64,000 bases of DNA from Clostridia bacterium (GCA_017411745.1 JAFQPM010000021.1:71460-135459), one strand, 5' to 3'; positions 50,724 through 61,721 are shown, counted from the first letter of the stretch. Numbers and translations are program-made. The notes: generated by a model not told the origin, from the letters alone.

Positions 50724-50769
50724 TATCCGTAATATCCTTTATCAAAAACTTTTATTTGCGGACGAGCGA

Positions 50770-53004
50770 TCACGAAAATCCGCGCGCCACGCTCTCAACT
50801 CCGTTCAGCGAACGCAGTCTTGAAACTATCGAATCGTAATGCTCTATATTTTTGCAGCTAATCTTCAAGGTGATTATACATCTGCCGTTATTTCGCTTCT
50901 GCGAATTGACTTGAAGAATAGACACCTTCATATCGGCAAGAGCGACTGCAATATCGGCAAGCATACCCACTCTGTCCTCAGTAAATAGCTGAAGCAAAGC
51001 CTCGTAAACGCTTCTTGATGAGCCGCCATTGTCCTGCTCCTCCCAATAAGCCGTCTTCCAACGGTCCTTATTCTCCTCATTCTTCATGCCCTCGATAACG
51101 TTGGGACAATCCTTTTTGTGTATCGAGATACCGTAGCCCTTGGTAACGAATCCGATGACCTCATCGCCTGGCAAAGGATTACAACATTTCGCAAACTTGA
51201 CCTGGCAGCCCGCCTCCCCGTCAACGACTATACCACCGTTCGACTTGAGATGCTTCGGCTTTTGGCTCTTCTGGACCATCGTTTCTTCGGTAACGACGGC
51301 AGGCTCAACGTTCATCACAGTTAGCTTGGAGATCTCCTCCTTGAGCTTATTAGAAAGCTTGTTGAGAGCAACACCACCGTAACCGACGGCATTATAAAGG
51401 TCGTCAGCGCTCGTGAATCCGATTTTTTGTGCCACCACGGCAACCATATCATTCTTTTGCTGATCGCTGAGCTTAACGTTGTATTTTTTAAACTCTCCGT
51501 CCAGGATAGAGCGACCGAGCACTATATTCTCGGGTCTTGACTCCTTCTTGAACCACTGCCTGATCTTTGACCTTGCCTCGCTGGTTTTGACGATATTGAG
51601 CCAATCTCGGCTCGGGCCCTTGGTGCTCGACGACGTCAGCACCTCAACGATCTCGCCGTTCTGCACAGTTCGATCGATAGGAACGATCATGCCGTTGATC
51701 TTGGCGCCGATCATCTTATTTCCAACCGCAGAGTGTATCGCGTAAGCGAAGTCTATTACCGTAGCGCCCTGCGGTAAAGGGATTATATCACCCTTGGGCG
51801 TGAACGCAAAAACCTCGTCGTGCAGGATATCAGTCTTGATCGCATCCATAAACTCATCGGGATCGCGAGTACCGTCCTCGGTCTCAATAAGACGCGATAT
51901 CCATTCAAGCTTCTTGTCCAACTCCTGCTTAGAAGATGCACCGGACTTGTACTTCCAATGCGCCGCAATACCGTATTCCGCGATATGATGCATCTCCTTG
52001 GTTCTTATCTGAACCTCGAAGGGTATGCCCTCTCGTCCGATGACCGTGGTGTGCAAGGATCGATACATATTGGGCTTGGGCGTCGAGATATAATCCTTAA
52101 AGCGTCCGGGAAGCGAGTTGAACATCTCGTGAATGATACCGAGCGTAGCGTAGCACTCAAGCTCCGTGTCAACTATGACACGTAACGCGTAAAAGTCATA
52201 TATCTCGTCAAAGCTCTTGTTCTGGTTGTACATCTTCTTGTAGACGCTGTAAACCGTTTTTATTCTTCCCTCAAGATAGAAATTGATACCGTTCTCATTG
52301 AGCTTGTCTGAAATAACGGCTCTGATATGCTCGATCAGATTAAGGCTTTTTCCGTATTTGCCCTCTATATCATTTCTGACCTCGTTGTATCCGATAGGAT
52401 CGAGATGCTGAAGACTGAGATTTTCAAGCTCCTGCTTTATCTTCTGCATACCGAGTCGGTGAGCGAGAGGAGCGTATACGTGCATCGTTTCAAGCGCGGT
52501 AAGCCTTCTCTTGTTCTCTTTTTTCGCATCAAGAGTCCTCATATTGTGAAGTCTGTCGCAAAGCTTGATAAAAATGACCCTGACATCCTTCGACATAGCG
52601 AGCAACATTCTTCTTAAATTCTCGATGTGCTGTTCTTCCTTATCCTCTATCTCAAAATAAACAAGCTTTGTAAGACCGTCAACAAGCAGAGCCACCTCAG
52701 GTCCGAAAAGCTTTTGTATTTCCTTAAGATCAGTCTTGTCGGAGCAGTCCTCGACCGTATCGTGAAGCAGAGCCGCGCATATCGAGTCGGTGTCAAGCTC
52801 GAGGCTTGCAACTATCTCCGCGACCGCCAGAGGATGCGAGATATACGGCTCACCGCTTGCGCGGAACTGTCCGACGTGAAGCATTGCCGCATACTCGTAT
52901 GCTCTTTGAATTTTTTCAAGGTCGTAATTCTTTCCCGTGACCCTGAGCAGATCTATCAGCTTTTTAGCTGTAAAATCGTTAGTTTGTACCGTGTTATTGT
53001 CCAT
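50770..53004 (-). CDS. relA: Bifunctional (p)ppGpp synthetase/hydrolase (long RSH)
   Basis: HD domain (HPLAVA...LHDTVED), synthetase domain (YRSLHTTV), TGS and ACT domains. 744 aa. Confidence 0.95.
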   Translation of the reverse strand: MDNNTVQTNDFTAKKLIDLLRVTGKNYDLEKIQRAYEYAAMLHVGQFRASGEPYISHPLAVAEIVASLELDTDSICAALLHDTVEDCSDKTDLKEIQKLFGPEVALLVDGLTKLVYFEIEDKEEQHIENLRRMLLAMSKDVRVIFIKLCDRLHNMRTLDAKKENKRRLTALETMHVYAPLAHRLGMQKIKQELENLSLQHLDPIGYNEVRNDIEGKYGKSLNLIEHIRAVISDKLNENGINFYLEGRIKTVYSVYKKMYNQNKSFDEIYDFYALRVIVDTELECYATLGIIHEMFNSLPGRFKDYISTPKPNMYRSLHTTVIGREGIPFEVQIRTKEMHHIAEYGIAAHWKYKSGASSKQELDKKLEWISRLIETEDGTRDPDEFMDAIKTDILHDEVFAFTPKGDIIPLPQGATVIDFAYAIHSAVGNKMIGAKINGMIVPIDRTVQNGEIVEVLTSSSTKGPSRDWLNIVKTSEARSKIRQWFKKESRPENIVLGRSILDGEFKKYNVKLSDQQKNDMVAVVAQKIGFTSADDLYNAVGYGGVALNKLSNKLKEEISKLTVMNVEPAVVTEETMVQKSQKPKHLKSNGGIVVDGEAGCQVKFAKCCNPLPGDEVIGFVTKGYGISIHKKDCPNVIEGMKNEENKDRWKTAYWEEQDNGGSSRSVYEALLQLFTEDRVGMLADIAVALADMKVSILQVNSQKRNNGRCIITLKISCKNIEHYDSIVSRLRSLNGVESVARGFS

Positions 53005-53066
53005 AAAGATCCCGTGCCTCCCCCACTATTGCAGAAGAGTCCTATAATAAATTTTTTACTTTTACC

Positions 53067-55268
53067 TTAAGCTCCACATTGATTGCAAAGTCGCTTATAG
53101 GTCTCGGATGTTTCAATATTGGTTTTTGCGGCATTTTTATACACCTCGACCGAAACGATCTCGCCGGATTCCTCAGAAACGCCGCAAACGTTTATATCTC
53201 CGAGGATGGAGATCGCAAACCGAAGCTTAGGATAGCTTACGTTGACGCGCAAATGCTCGAAAAGCTGTGAGCGAAGCATTCTGTAAGTAAATGAGGTGTG
53301 TCCACTCATGTTTTCTCGTCTGAAAAAGCGATAAAGCTCGGCTATATCGGCTCTTGAAGGTAAAACGTCCTCATCACATGAAAATTCCGCGCCGTCAAGT
53401 ATCTCGTGATATCTGGTGCGTTCGTGATCGTATTCGATCTCGCACTCATCAGAAAGTCTGATGTCCTGAATGACGAGCTGTACCGTAGATACTCCCCTGA
53501 ATTCGTTTATATTCATCTGACAGAGCAGATCGACCTTCTCCCCGGGGTAAAAATCCACCGAGGATGCAGGCATACCAAAGTAGACCGCTTGGAAATTACG
53601 ATTACCCGAACCCAAAAGCAACTTCGAGTGCTTCCCTGCACCCATTGATATTACCTTGTTAACGGTAAGCCCTTTAACCAGGAACACGGGAGTCGGATTT
53701 GCGACTCCAAAAGGCTCCAATACCGCAAGCTCGTTAGCCAGGGAAAGCTCAATATCATCGCTATGTATCTCGCAATCGACCTCATACTTAATGCAGGAAA
53801 GATCCTCGGTCAAATGCTCTCTTGCATATTCGTTGATCCTTTTTCTGAACTCGTCAATATTGCATCTCATAACAGAAAGTCCCGCCGCCAGCTCGTGACC
53901 GCCGAAGCGAACGAGAAGGTCACGGCAGTAATCGAGTGCGCCGACAAGATTCATTCCCTTTATAGATCGACCCGATCCCTTGCCAACGTCATCAAGACTG
54001 CTGTATCCGCGCGTTGCGCCGTCAAACGAAATGAGTATAGATGGAAGACCGTATTTTTCGGTAATTCGCGAAGAAACGATACCAATTATTCCCTGCTGCC
54101 AGGTATCGTCGTCAAGCACTATGACGCGATCGTTTTCAAAATCGTGCTTCTCCTCAATAGTCTTATATGCGGCCTCCGCAATAGCGTTCTCCTCTTTTTG
54201 TCTTTGGAGATTGATCTGACAAAGCTCGTAAGCTTTTTCGGCAGCCTTGTCCTGATCATCCTCAAGTAAAAGCTCGACCGCCTTTTGTGCAGAGCTGATC
54301 CTTCCAGCCGCATTTATTCTCGGAGCCAGCGCAAATCCGATAAATCCGGCGCTCATTTTCTTCTTTTTCGTCTTTTCAGGCTCTCCAACCGCAGGTCTGG
54401 TAGCACCCGAAGGCGCACTTGCCGCCTCAATAAGCGCCGAAAGACCGATCCTCTCGGTCTCCGAAAGAGACGCAAGACCTCTCTTAACTATTATTCTGTT
54501 TTCATCGATCAAAGGCATAACGTCGGCAACCGTACCGATAGCCGCGAGATCGGAATATTCCTCAAATACGTGCTCAATACAAGACGTTTTATCCTCATCG
54601 GCATGGCGACTGATCTCGCAAGCACATATCAGCTTGAAGACTACACCAACACCCGCCAGCTCCTTGAAGGGATATTCGCAATCGGGTCTGTGAGGGTTGA
54701 CTACCGCACAGGCAACGGGTAGCTCCGCGTGACATTCGTGGTGATCTGTTATGACCATTTCGATACCAAGCTCGCGAGCGTAATCCGCCTCCGCGTTCGC
54801 CGTAATACCTGTGTCGACCGTTATGATAAGCTGTGTTCCCGATTTTTTCAGATTTTCAAGGGACATGATCGAAAGACCGTATCCCTCCTTGCTTCTCGAG
54901 GGAATATAATAATCAATATCCGCACCCAAGGACTTCAGATAGAGATATATCAAAGTAACCGACGTAACACCGTCCACGTCATAATCTCCGTAGACCGTTA
55001 TCTTCTCTCCTCTTGCAAGCGCCTCGTTTATACGGCACACGGCCTTGTCCATATCCTTCATAAGATAGGGATCGTGAGCCCTTTCAATAGACGGAGCTAA
55101 AAAGCTCTCTACCGACAAGGCGGTCCTGTATCCTCTGTTGTATATAAGCTTCGCCGCCACCTCGGATATACCGTTTTCCGCCGCAATAGCACCGATCGCG
55201 CTATCAACGTCACTATTTCCCGGCGTATACCTCAGCGACCAGACCTTCTTCTTTTCACTTAAATTCAT
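53067..55268 (-). CDS. recJ: Single-stranded-DNA-specific exonuclease RecJ
   Basis: DHH motifs (VYGDYDVDGVTS, TVDTG, ITDHH), DHHA1 (GGHELAAG) and a C-terminal OB-like extension. 733 aa. Confidence 0.93.
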   Translation of the reverse strand: MNLSEKKKVWSLRYTPGNSDVDSAIGAIAAENGISEVAAKLIYNRGYRTALSVESFLAPSIERAHDPYLMKDMDKAVCRINEALARGEKITVYGDYDVDGVTSVTLIYLYLKSLGADIDYYIPSRSKEGYGLSIMSLENLKKSGTQLIITVDTGITANAEADYARELGIEMVITDHHECHAELPVACAVVNPHRPDCEYPFKELAGVGVVFKLICACEISRHADEDKTSCIEHVFEEYSDLAAIGTVADVMPLIDENRIIVKRGLASLSETERIGLSALIEAASAPSGATRPAVGEPEKTKKKKMSAGFIGFALAPRINAAGRISSAQKAVELLLEDDQDKAAEKAYELCQINLQRQKEENAIAEAAYKTIEEKHDFENDRVIVLDDDTWQQGIIGIVSSRITEKYGLPSILISFDGATRGYSSLDDVGKGSGRSIKGMNLVGALDYCRDLLVRFGGHELAAGLSVMRCNIDEFRKRINEYAREHLTEDLSCIKYEVDCEIHSDDIELSLANELAVLEPFGVANPTPVFLVKGLTVNKVISMGAGKHSKLLLGSGNRNFQAVYFGMPASSVDFYPGEKVDLLCQMNINEFRGVSTVQLVIQDIRLSDECEIEYDHERTRYHEILDGAEFSCDEDVLPSRADIAELYRFFRRENMSGHTSFTYRMLRSQLFEHLRVNVSYPKLRFAISILGDINVCGVSEESGEIVSVEVYKNAAKTNIETSETYKRLCNQCGA

Positions 55269-55382
55269 TTCAACTCCAAAACTCTATATAACCAAAAATT
55301 ATTTACAAAATCATGGCAGATTGCCGAAAACAAGACGTTTCGGCAATCTGAAATCAAAAACTCATGTTTTTATCAAACCCGT

Positions 55383-57002
55383 TTAATCAAACGGCTTGAA
55401 TCTTGAGGCAATAGCCATCGCCACCTTAACGCCGTCAACTGCGGCGCTCGTAATTCCACCGGCATATCCTGCACCCTCTCCGCAAGGATAAATGCTCCTT
55501 TTGCCGATAGCCCTCATATCCTCTCCGCGTAAGATCCTCAGCGGAGACGAGGTCCTCGTTTCCGCGCCTGATAAAAGCGCGGGATCCGAGGCAAATCCTT
55601 TTATTTTTTTGTCAAAAGAGGCAAGACCGTAACGCAACGAGTCACAAACGAAGGACGGTAAGACGTCCTCCATCGATGCGACTTTAAAATTGTTGCCTCC
55701 CATATAGGTCGGAAATACTGAACTTGGTTCACTTCCCGATCTTTTATTCATAAAATCTCCAACGGTCTGTACGGGCACGGCGTATCCGCCCCCACCGGCC
55801 GCAAAAGCACGGCGCTCTATCGATCTTTGGAATTCGATCGCTCCGAGAGCAAGACTTCCGTCTACCGCCTCGTAATCCTCGACTCTCACCGAAACCGCGA
55901 CTGCGGAGTTTGAATTTTCACCGTCACGGGCAAAATGGCTCATTCCGTTAACGACTACTCCACCCTCCTCGCTTGCCGCCGCGACCACCTCGCCGCCGGG
56001 ACACATACAGAAGGTATATACTCCTCGCTCACCACGGGTGTCGGAAAGCGCGTATTCAGCCGCGCCGAGCGCCGCCTCTCCCGCAAAACGACCGTACAAG
56101 GCTTCCTCAATAAAGCTTCTCTTGTGCTCTATTCGCACTCCAACCGATATCGGCTTCGGAACAATATCAAACTGACTCTCAACGAGCGTACGGTAGGTAT
56201 CTCTCGCACTGTGACCGAGTGCAAGCACGACAGCCGAAGCAAGAAAATCGCCCTTGCTCGTCGAAGTTTCAACAAGCCCGTCGCTTCTCTCGCGAATATT
56301 CGTAAGCTTGCAACGGTATATGACCTCTCCGCCAAGTTTTTCAATATGAGCCAAAATGTTGTCGACCACAGTTCTTAAAACGTCCGTACCGACGTGTGGC
56401 TTCGCCTTTACCGTTATTTCCTTCGGCGCTCCGAATTTTACCAGCGTTTCAAGAACGTAAGCACATTTTGGATCGTTGATCCTCGTAAGCAGCTTGCCGT
56501 CGGAAAAGGTTCCCGCACCGCCCGCACCGAACTGAATATTAGACTCGGTGTCAAGAATATGTTCCGCATAAAACCTTTCAAGCGCCGCAACTCTGTCGCC
56601 AACCGAATCTCCGCGATCAATAATTATCGGCTTATATCCGTTTTCGGCAAGTATCAGCGCACAAAACATACCCGCAGGCCCCATTCCAACCACAAGTGGT
56701 CTTGCGCTCATCATCTCGTTTCCGATCTTGACATCAAGCTCCTCGGTCGTCACAGCCCTTGCACCAAGCTTGGCTATGCGATCACATTCCTTTTCTGAGA
56801 GATGATCAAAGCTGACAAGAACCGAATAGATCAATTTTATATCGTCCTTGTGCCTTGCGTCAACAGACTTTTTGCAGATTGCCAACCTGCATTCATTATG
56901 CGATATCCCTATTCCCCTCAGTTTTCTCTCCACCGCGCGCAATGCATCGGAGGGATCGGCTGAAAACGGCAAGGATACTCCGTCAAATATATATTTGCTC
57001 AT
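55383..57002 (-). CDS. FAD-dependent oxidoreductase (COG2509-type)
   Basis: Rossmann motif VVGMGPAGMFCAL and a C-terminal GEGAGYAGGI block. Confidence 0.7.
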   Translation of the reverse strand: MSKYIFDGVSLPFSADPSDALRAVERKLRGIGISHNECRLAICKKSVDARHKDDIKLIYSVLVSFDHLSEKECDRIAKLGARAVTTEELDVKIGNEMMSARPLVVGMGPAGMFCALILAENGYKPIIIDRGDSVGDRVAALERFYAEHILDTESNIQFGAGGAGTFSDGKLLTRINDPKCAYVLETLVKFGAPKEITVKAKPHVGTDVLRTVVDNILAHIEKLGGEVIYRCKLTNIRERSDGLVETSTSKGDFLASAVVLALGHSARDTYRTLVESQFDIVPKPISVGVRIEHKRSFIEEALYGRFAGEAALGAAEYALSDTRGERGVYTFCMCPGGEVVAAASEEGGVVVNGMSHFARDGENSNSAVAVSVRVEDYEAVDGSLALGAIEFQRSIERRAFAAGGGGYAVPVQTVGDFMNKRSGSEPSSVFPTYMGGNNFKVASMEDVLPSFVCDSLRYGLASFDKKIKGFASDPALLSGAETRTSSPLRILRGEDMRAIGKRSIYPCGEGAGYAGGITSAAVDGVKVAMAIASRFKPFD

Positions 57003-58024
57003 TATTTCGACGCATCAGCGGTTGAATTGATCTGAATGTATACCGAGACGGAGCTTCCGCCAAAGGTAATACCCTCATCAAGATCCTCATCCGTTAAAAC
57101 CTTCTCTACCGTCTGACCTATCATCACTCCATCAAGTTCTATAGTATACTCCTCGATCTCGGCAAGAACCGCGGGATCTCCGTAAAGAGTAACGGTTTCG
57201 GTGCTCATCGTAGCGAACCACTCACCGCTTTCAAGTCCCGCAACCTTTACAGATAACGGCACGGTTTTCTTACCGGTAACAAGAACGTCCACTGAAATAT
57301 CCTCGGCAGCATAGTTGATCAGATTCGTGGGATAAGACACCAGATCTCCGTTTCGGTCGCAGAATATCAAAGCACAGTTAGAAAAGCTTTTGCCCATCTG
57401 TATATCGCCCTCTATGCAATATTTGGCAGACTCTACCATATCGATCAGCTGTTTGGGACCTGTTATCTCAACGGCATCTACCGATTTAACAACGCTGTAA
57501 TATCCTTCCGTTTCGGGAAGCATTATCGCGTTGCCGTAAAAGGTATCAAAAGGAACAGTTTTCGTGAAAACAACGTCAGAATAAAACGTTACGTTGGAGG
57601 AATCCATCGAAACAACGCTTAAATTCGCTCCCGCGGGAAGCTGAACTGAAATTGGCAATATATGCTTTCCGCTATCCGATATGTCACTGACGTTCACCGT
57701 CGCACTGTAATCGGAAGCAAGATGCTTTCTGAGCTCTCGGTTAGAGCCCTTTACGGTGATAGTAACGGTTCCCTTGTCCATACCGTATATCATCATGCCT
57801 TCGTTTGCGTCCAGAATATCCGCGCCGACTACGTTGATATTAAGAGTTATCGTCTCGGTCTTATCAACAACGTTGACGTTCACCATATATATCCAGATCA
57901 GGAGAGCTATAAGAAAGCAAATTACTCTGGCTCCGAGATCAATGTTTTTCTTCTTGGATCGCTCAACGACTATCGATCCGTCTTTTTTCTCGCCCGCGTC
58001 GTTCATAAAGCTGAATTTTTTCAT
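57002..58024 (-). CDS. cdaR: YbbR-domain protein CdaR (regulator of CdaA)
   Basis: N-terminal TM helix followed by repeated YbbR-like beta domains. Lies directly downstream of cdaA with a 4-nt overlap. Confidence 0.8.
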   Translation of the reverse strand: MKKFSFMNDAGEKKDGSIVVERSKKKNIDLGARVICFLIALLIWIYMVNVNVVDKTETITLNINVVGADILDANEGMMIYGMDKGTVTITVKGSNRELRKHLASDYSATVNVSDISDSGKHILPISVQLPAGANLSVVSMDSSNVTFYSDVVFTKTVPFDTFYGNAIMLPETEGYYSVVKSVDAVEITGPKQLIDMVESAKYCIEGDIQMGKSFSNCALIFCDRNGDLVSYPTNLINYAAEDISVDVLVTGKKTVPLSVKVAGLESGEWFATMSTETVTLYGDPAVLAEIEEYTIELDGVMIGQTVEKVLTDEDLDEGITFGGSSVSVYIQINSTADASK

Positions 58025-58980
58025 TCCTTACGCTCACCTCCATTTTCTTTATTATCGGGATCAGTGCCGTTTTCACCTGCGGGGGAGTTCTTTCCCGTAG
58101 TACTCTCGGCAACCGTGCGTCCCGTGAGCAGCTTGAAAAGATCGTCCTTGAGATCTCCCGACTTATGCACGCTTTCCTTTTCGTAATGGCGCTTAAGGAG
58201 CTTGTTGTTCGCGACCGATATGGTTCCCGTTTCCTCGGAAACGACGACCACGATAGCGTCGCTGACCTCGCTTATCTTGAGCGCAGCGCGGTGACGGGTG
58301 CCAAGGCCCTCAACCATCGGACCGTTCTCAGCAATAGTCTTCGATTTGCTCGATGCACATACTATTCTTCCGTCTCTGATGATGACTGCACCGTCGTGAA
58401 GCGGAGATTTATTAACGAAGATATTACAAAGCAACTCGTGCGACACTACGGCATCAATAGGAGTGCCCTCGGACATCTGATTTCTCAAGGTCCCCTGTCT
58501 TTCGATAACGATCAACGCGCCCTCTCCCTTACCCGAGAGATCAAAAGCCGCCTTACATATCTCGTTTACGTCGTGAAGTATCTTCTCATCATCGGTAATA
58601 TGACGGTTTCTGAATCTTTTTATATTGTCGGACGTAGTCGCACCGAATTCCTCGAGAACGTCACGAAGTTCGGGCTGAAACAGCACGCAAAGCGCAATAA
58701 TACCGACTGCATAGAAATTCTTCAGTATCGAATTTATCGCCACCATATTGAAAATATCGCTTATAATGTACAGTACGATCAGTAAGCCCAGACCGATAAC
58801 GGCTCTTCCCGCATGTCTGTCCCTTATGAACTTGTAGACGATATAGATCAGACCCGAAAGCAGCAATATATCCACTACGTCCACGAACGTTATCTGCGAT
58901 ACTGAAAACCATACGTAGTCCTTAAAAAGCTGGACGAGATTATCCCATAGTGATATCGAAAGTTTTATGTTTTGAAGCAT
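58021..58980 (-). CDS. cdaA: Diadenylate cyclase CdaA
   Basis: Three N-terminal TM helices and a DAC domain (PLHDGAVIIRDGRI, GTRHRAAL, VVVVSEETGTISVA). ATG 58980 follows GAAAGGA; the track TTG 59001 lacks an RBS. Confidence 0.92.
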   Translation of the reverse strand: MLQNIKLSISLWDNLVQLFKDYVWFSVSQITFVDVVDILLLSGLIYIVYKFIRDRHAGRAVIGLGLLIVLYIISDIFNMVAINSILKNFYAVGIIALCVLFQPELRDVLEEFGATTSDNIKRFRNRHITDDEKILHDVNEICKAAFDLSGKGEGALIVIERQGTLRNQMSEGTPIDAVVSHELLCNIFVNKSPLHDGAVIIRDGRIVCASSKSKTIAENGPMVEGLGTRHRAALKISEVSDAIVVVVSEETGTISVANNKLLKRHYEKESVHKSGDLKDDLFKLLTGRTVAESTTGKNSPAGENGTDPDNKENGGERKE

Positions 58981-59068
58981 CTTTTCGATCCTTTCTGTCA
59001 AATTACGTCAACGGCGGAGCTTTATGTCAGCCCCCAAACGTTTTTCACGTCGTTATTTACTGGTCTTG

Positions 59069-60535
59069 TTATTTACTGGTCTTGTTGGAATTAGCGCCTG
59101 CCTTGAGCATATCGTTCTTTATGCTCCAGAGTTTTTCCGAAAGATCCACGTAGTAGTTATGCGGATTGGTAAAGCGCCTTACCTCTTCCCACATTCCCTC
59201 TATCTCTTTTGCGTGATACTCTCTGATCGCTTGCAGCGTGGGGAGCTCGTACACCTGCTTTCCGTCCTTAAAAATTGGAACGAGTAGTTCTGTGGCGGTA
59301 AAATTCTCTATCCTCTTGCGCTTCCACGTGTGCTCGGGATCAAAAACCTCAATAGGCTTAGAATCGTCGATAACCTCGTCGTAAAGACAGATGAGGTCGA
59401 CCTCCGCCTTGCCCGTATCTCTGCCGCGCAATCTGTATATCTTTTTAAAATGCGGAGTGGTGATCTTGCCAACGTTTTCGCTGATCTTGATCTTCGGTCT
59501 TATATTTCCATCCTCGTCCTCGACCGCACAAAGCTTATACACTGCGCCGAAAACGGGGTGGCTCTTTGCGGTGATAAGACGCTCACCAACGCCAAAGCCG
59601 TCGATCTCCGCACCCTGTCTTATAAGCTCGCGGATTATATATTCGTCAAGCGAATTCGATACGATGATACGGCATTCAGTCCAGCCCGCGTCGTCAAGCA
59701 TCTTGCGGCATTTCTTGGAAAGATAAGTGATATCTCCCGAGTCGATACGAATACCGCACTTCGTGATGCCCAGAGGCTTAAGAACCTCGTTAAATACCTT
59801 TATAGCATTAGGAATTCCCGATTCGATCACGTTATAAGTATCTACGAGAAGTGTCGCGTTATTCGGATATATCTCGCAATAGGTCTTAAATGCCTCGTAT
59901 TCGGTATCAAACATCTGTACCCAGGAGTGTGCCATAGTTCCCGTTGCGGGAACACCAAACACCTCGTCGGTAATGGTACAAGCCGTGGCACCGCAACCGC
60001 CTATGTAAGCCGCGCGTGCACCGAGTATAGCCGCATCTGCGCCCTGCGCTCTTCGAGAGCCAAACTCGCTTACGAGCCTTCCCTTTGCCGCGCGAGTAAT
60101 GCGCGCCGCTTTCGTCGCGATCAACGACTCGTGGTTGATGATCATAAGAATGTAGGTCTCAATGAACTGCGCCTCGATCGCCTTGGCTCTGACAGTCATC
60201 AAGGGCTCGCCTGGGAAAACGACGGTTCCCTCGGGGATCGCCCATATATCTCCCGTGAACTTGAACGTGCGGAGATATTCGAGAAATTCCTCGTCAAAGC
60301 AGTTCTTTGAACGGAGATATTCGATATCGTCCTTGTCAAAGTGAAGGTCGTTGATATATTCGACTATCTGCTCAAGACCCGCAACTACGGCAAAGCCGCC
60401 GCCGTCGGGATTGTCACGGTAAAAGACATCAAAATAAACGGTCTTATCCTTGATACCGCATTTAAAATATCCGTTGCTCATAGTCAGTTCATAAAAATCG
60501 CAAAGCATCGTAAGGTTTCTGCTTATATTCTTCAT
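59069..60535 (-). CDS. pncB: Nicotinate phosphoribosyltransferase
   Basis: 488 aa. LTMLCDFYELTM N-terminus, SEFGSRRAQG and GTMAHSWV blocks. Confidence 0.92.
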   Translation of the reverse strand: MKNISRNLTMLCDFYELTMSNGYFKCGIKDKTVYFDVFYRDNPDGGGFAVVAGLEQIVEYINDLHFDKDDIEYLRSKNCFDEEFLEYLRTFKFTGDIWAIPEGTVVFPGEPLMTVRAKAIEAQFIETYILMIINHESLIATKAARITRAAKGRLVSEFGSRRAQGADAAILGARAAYIGGCGATACTITDEVFGVPATGTMAHSWVQMFDTEYEAFKTYCEIYPNNATLLVDTYNVIESGIPNAIKVFNEVLKPLGITKCGIRIDSGDITYLSKKCRKMLDDAGWTECRIIVSNSLDEYIIRELIRQGAEIDGFGVGERLITAKSHPVFGAVYKLCAVEDEDGNIRPKIKISENVGKITTPHFKKIYRLRGRDTGKAEVDLICLYDEVIDDSKPIEVFDPEHTWKRKRIENFTATELLVPIFKDGKQVYELPTLQAIREYHAKEIEGMWEEVRRFTNPHNYYVDLSEKLWSIKNDMLKAGANSNKTSK

Positions 60536-60656
60536 ATCCGTTAAAATCCTTTCCGTTGTTTGAATTCAAATAGTTCTCGTTTGATCAACGATCCGCAATC
60601 AGTCTGCCTTCTGCTTATTTTGGCCCTAATACTCCAATTTTAATATAGTATATATT

Positions 60657-60686
60657 ATTATAACAGAAAAACACCGGGGAAGTCAA
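60657..60686 (-). promoter_or_regulatory. Promoter of pncB
   Basis: TTGACT (60686-60681) - 18 nt - TATAAT (60662-60657). This leaves a leader of about 115-120 nt. Confidence 0.65.
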
Positions 60687-60756
60687 GGGTTTTTCCAAAT
60701 TATATAAGGCTTTTTTTGTATTTTAGGGAACATTTTTGTAATTGTTTACAAAAAAG

Positions 60757-60786
60757 AAAAAAACGGTCAAAATTTGACCGTTTTTT
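60757..60786. terminator. Bidirectional terminator downstream of the 60835-61611 membrane protein gene
   Basis: A7-CGGTCAAAATTTGACCG-T6. Confidence 0.8.
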
Positions 60787-60834
60787 GTTCTTTCTGCGGT
60801 GCGCAGCCATATTCGTCTCCGTTTCGAGCATTCA

Positions 60835-61611
60835 TCAGGAAATATCCCTTTGATCGCAAGGGATATCAAGCTTATCTGCGCAGACGTTTAACGTAACATA
60901 CATAACAAAATAGCATATCACGGCAAGCACTATCTCAGCCAGATAAGCGACTATCATAAGCAGCGGATCGAGGATCTTTTCGATCGTGAGAATATCGTTG
61001 ATCGCTTGCGTCATAAGGCTTATAAGCAGTATAACGATCGAGCACGCGAGGACGGATCGAAGCAAGCAATTCTCTTTATCGTAGAGCTTTTTGAAGGGGA
61101 AAATCTCGGGAATAAGATGAGTTTTGCCGACTTTTTGGCAGAATTCGACCGCTTTCCAATGACGTGAAATAAGTGAGCAAACGATTGCCAAAACGAGTGC
61201 AAGCTGCAAAAGCTCAAGGATCGAGTAGTACATTACATACAAAATATCGACGGGCCAAGACTTTGGAATACTGCCATTAGTTATCCAGTCGACGATCGTA
61301 TTCAGTGAATATTTATGCAATGTTGCTCCTATAAATATTCCTACCCCTCCCTTGAAGCTCGAGAGTGTGAATCGGTATATTCCATAGATCATGACCGCAT
61401 ACGCTGCCGCAACAGCGACCAATTCAAGCAGTCGTCTGAGATAGAACAAAACGTCGACCAGCACGGATCCATCATACATGATATCGTTTATCACGCCAAT
61501 ATAAATCGGGGATACTACGAGTCCGTTAAGCGTGTATAACGTCGCAAGTGTGATCGCGCTGAAAAGATACAGTTTTTTTCTTAATGCTTTTTTATTATCG
61601 TATAATTTCAT
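60835..61611 (-). CDS. Integral membrane protein, function unknown
   Basis: 258 aa with about 6 hydrophobic helices. ATG 61611 follows GAGG; the track TTG at 61626 is unsupported. Confidence 0.5.
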   Translation of the reverse strand: MKLYDNKKALRKKLYLFSAITLATLYTLNGLVVSPIYIGVINDIMYDGSVLVDVLFYLRRLLELVAVAAAYAVMIYGIYRFTLSSFKGGVGIFIGATLHKYSLNTIVDWITNGSIPKSWPVDILYVMYYSILELLQLALVLAIVCSLISRHWKAVEFCQKVGKTHLIPEIFPFKKLYDKENCLLRSVLACSIVILLISLMTQAINDILTIEKILDPLLMIVAYLAEIVLAVICYFVMYVTLNVCADKLDIPCDQRDIS

Positions 61612-61721
61612 CAAAAACCTCGTCAAAAACGCAGATCTTCAGCGATCTGCATTTTTGCATATTTTGTGTATATCGTTGTGAATATTCATTTTTGCTTATT
61701 GTGGATTTAACCTATCGATAT

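Noticed and set aside
50770-58980. Clustered nucleotide second-messenger enzymes (RelA/SpoT, CdaA-CdaR) considered as a signalling-based defence module.
   Set aside because: These are the canonical housekeeping (p)ppGpp and c-di-AMP genes in their usual contexts (recJ-relA-dtd and cdaA-cdaR). No effector or sensor genes typical of CBASS/Thoeris-like systems are present.
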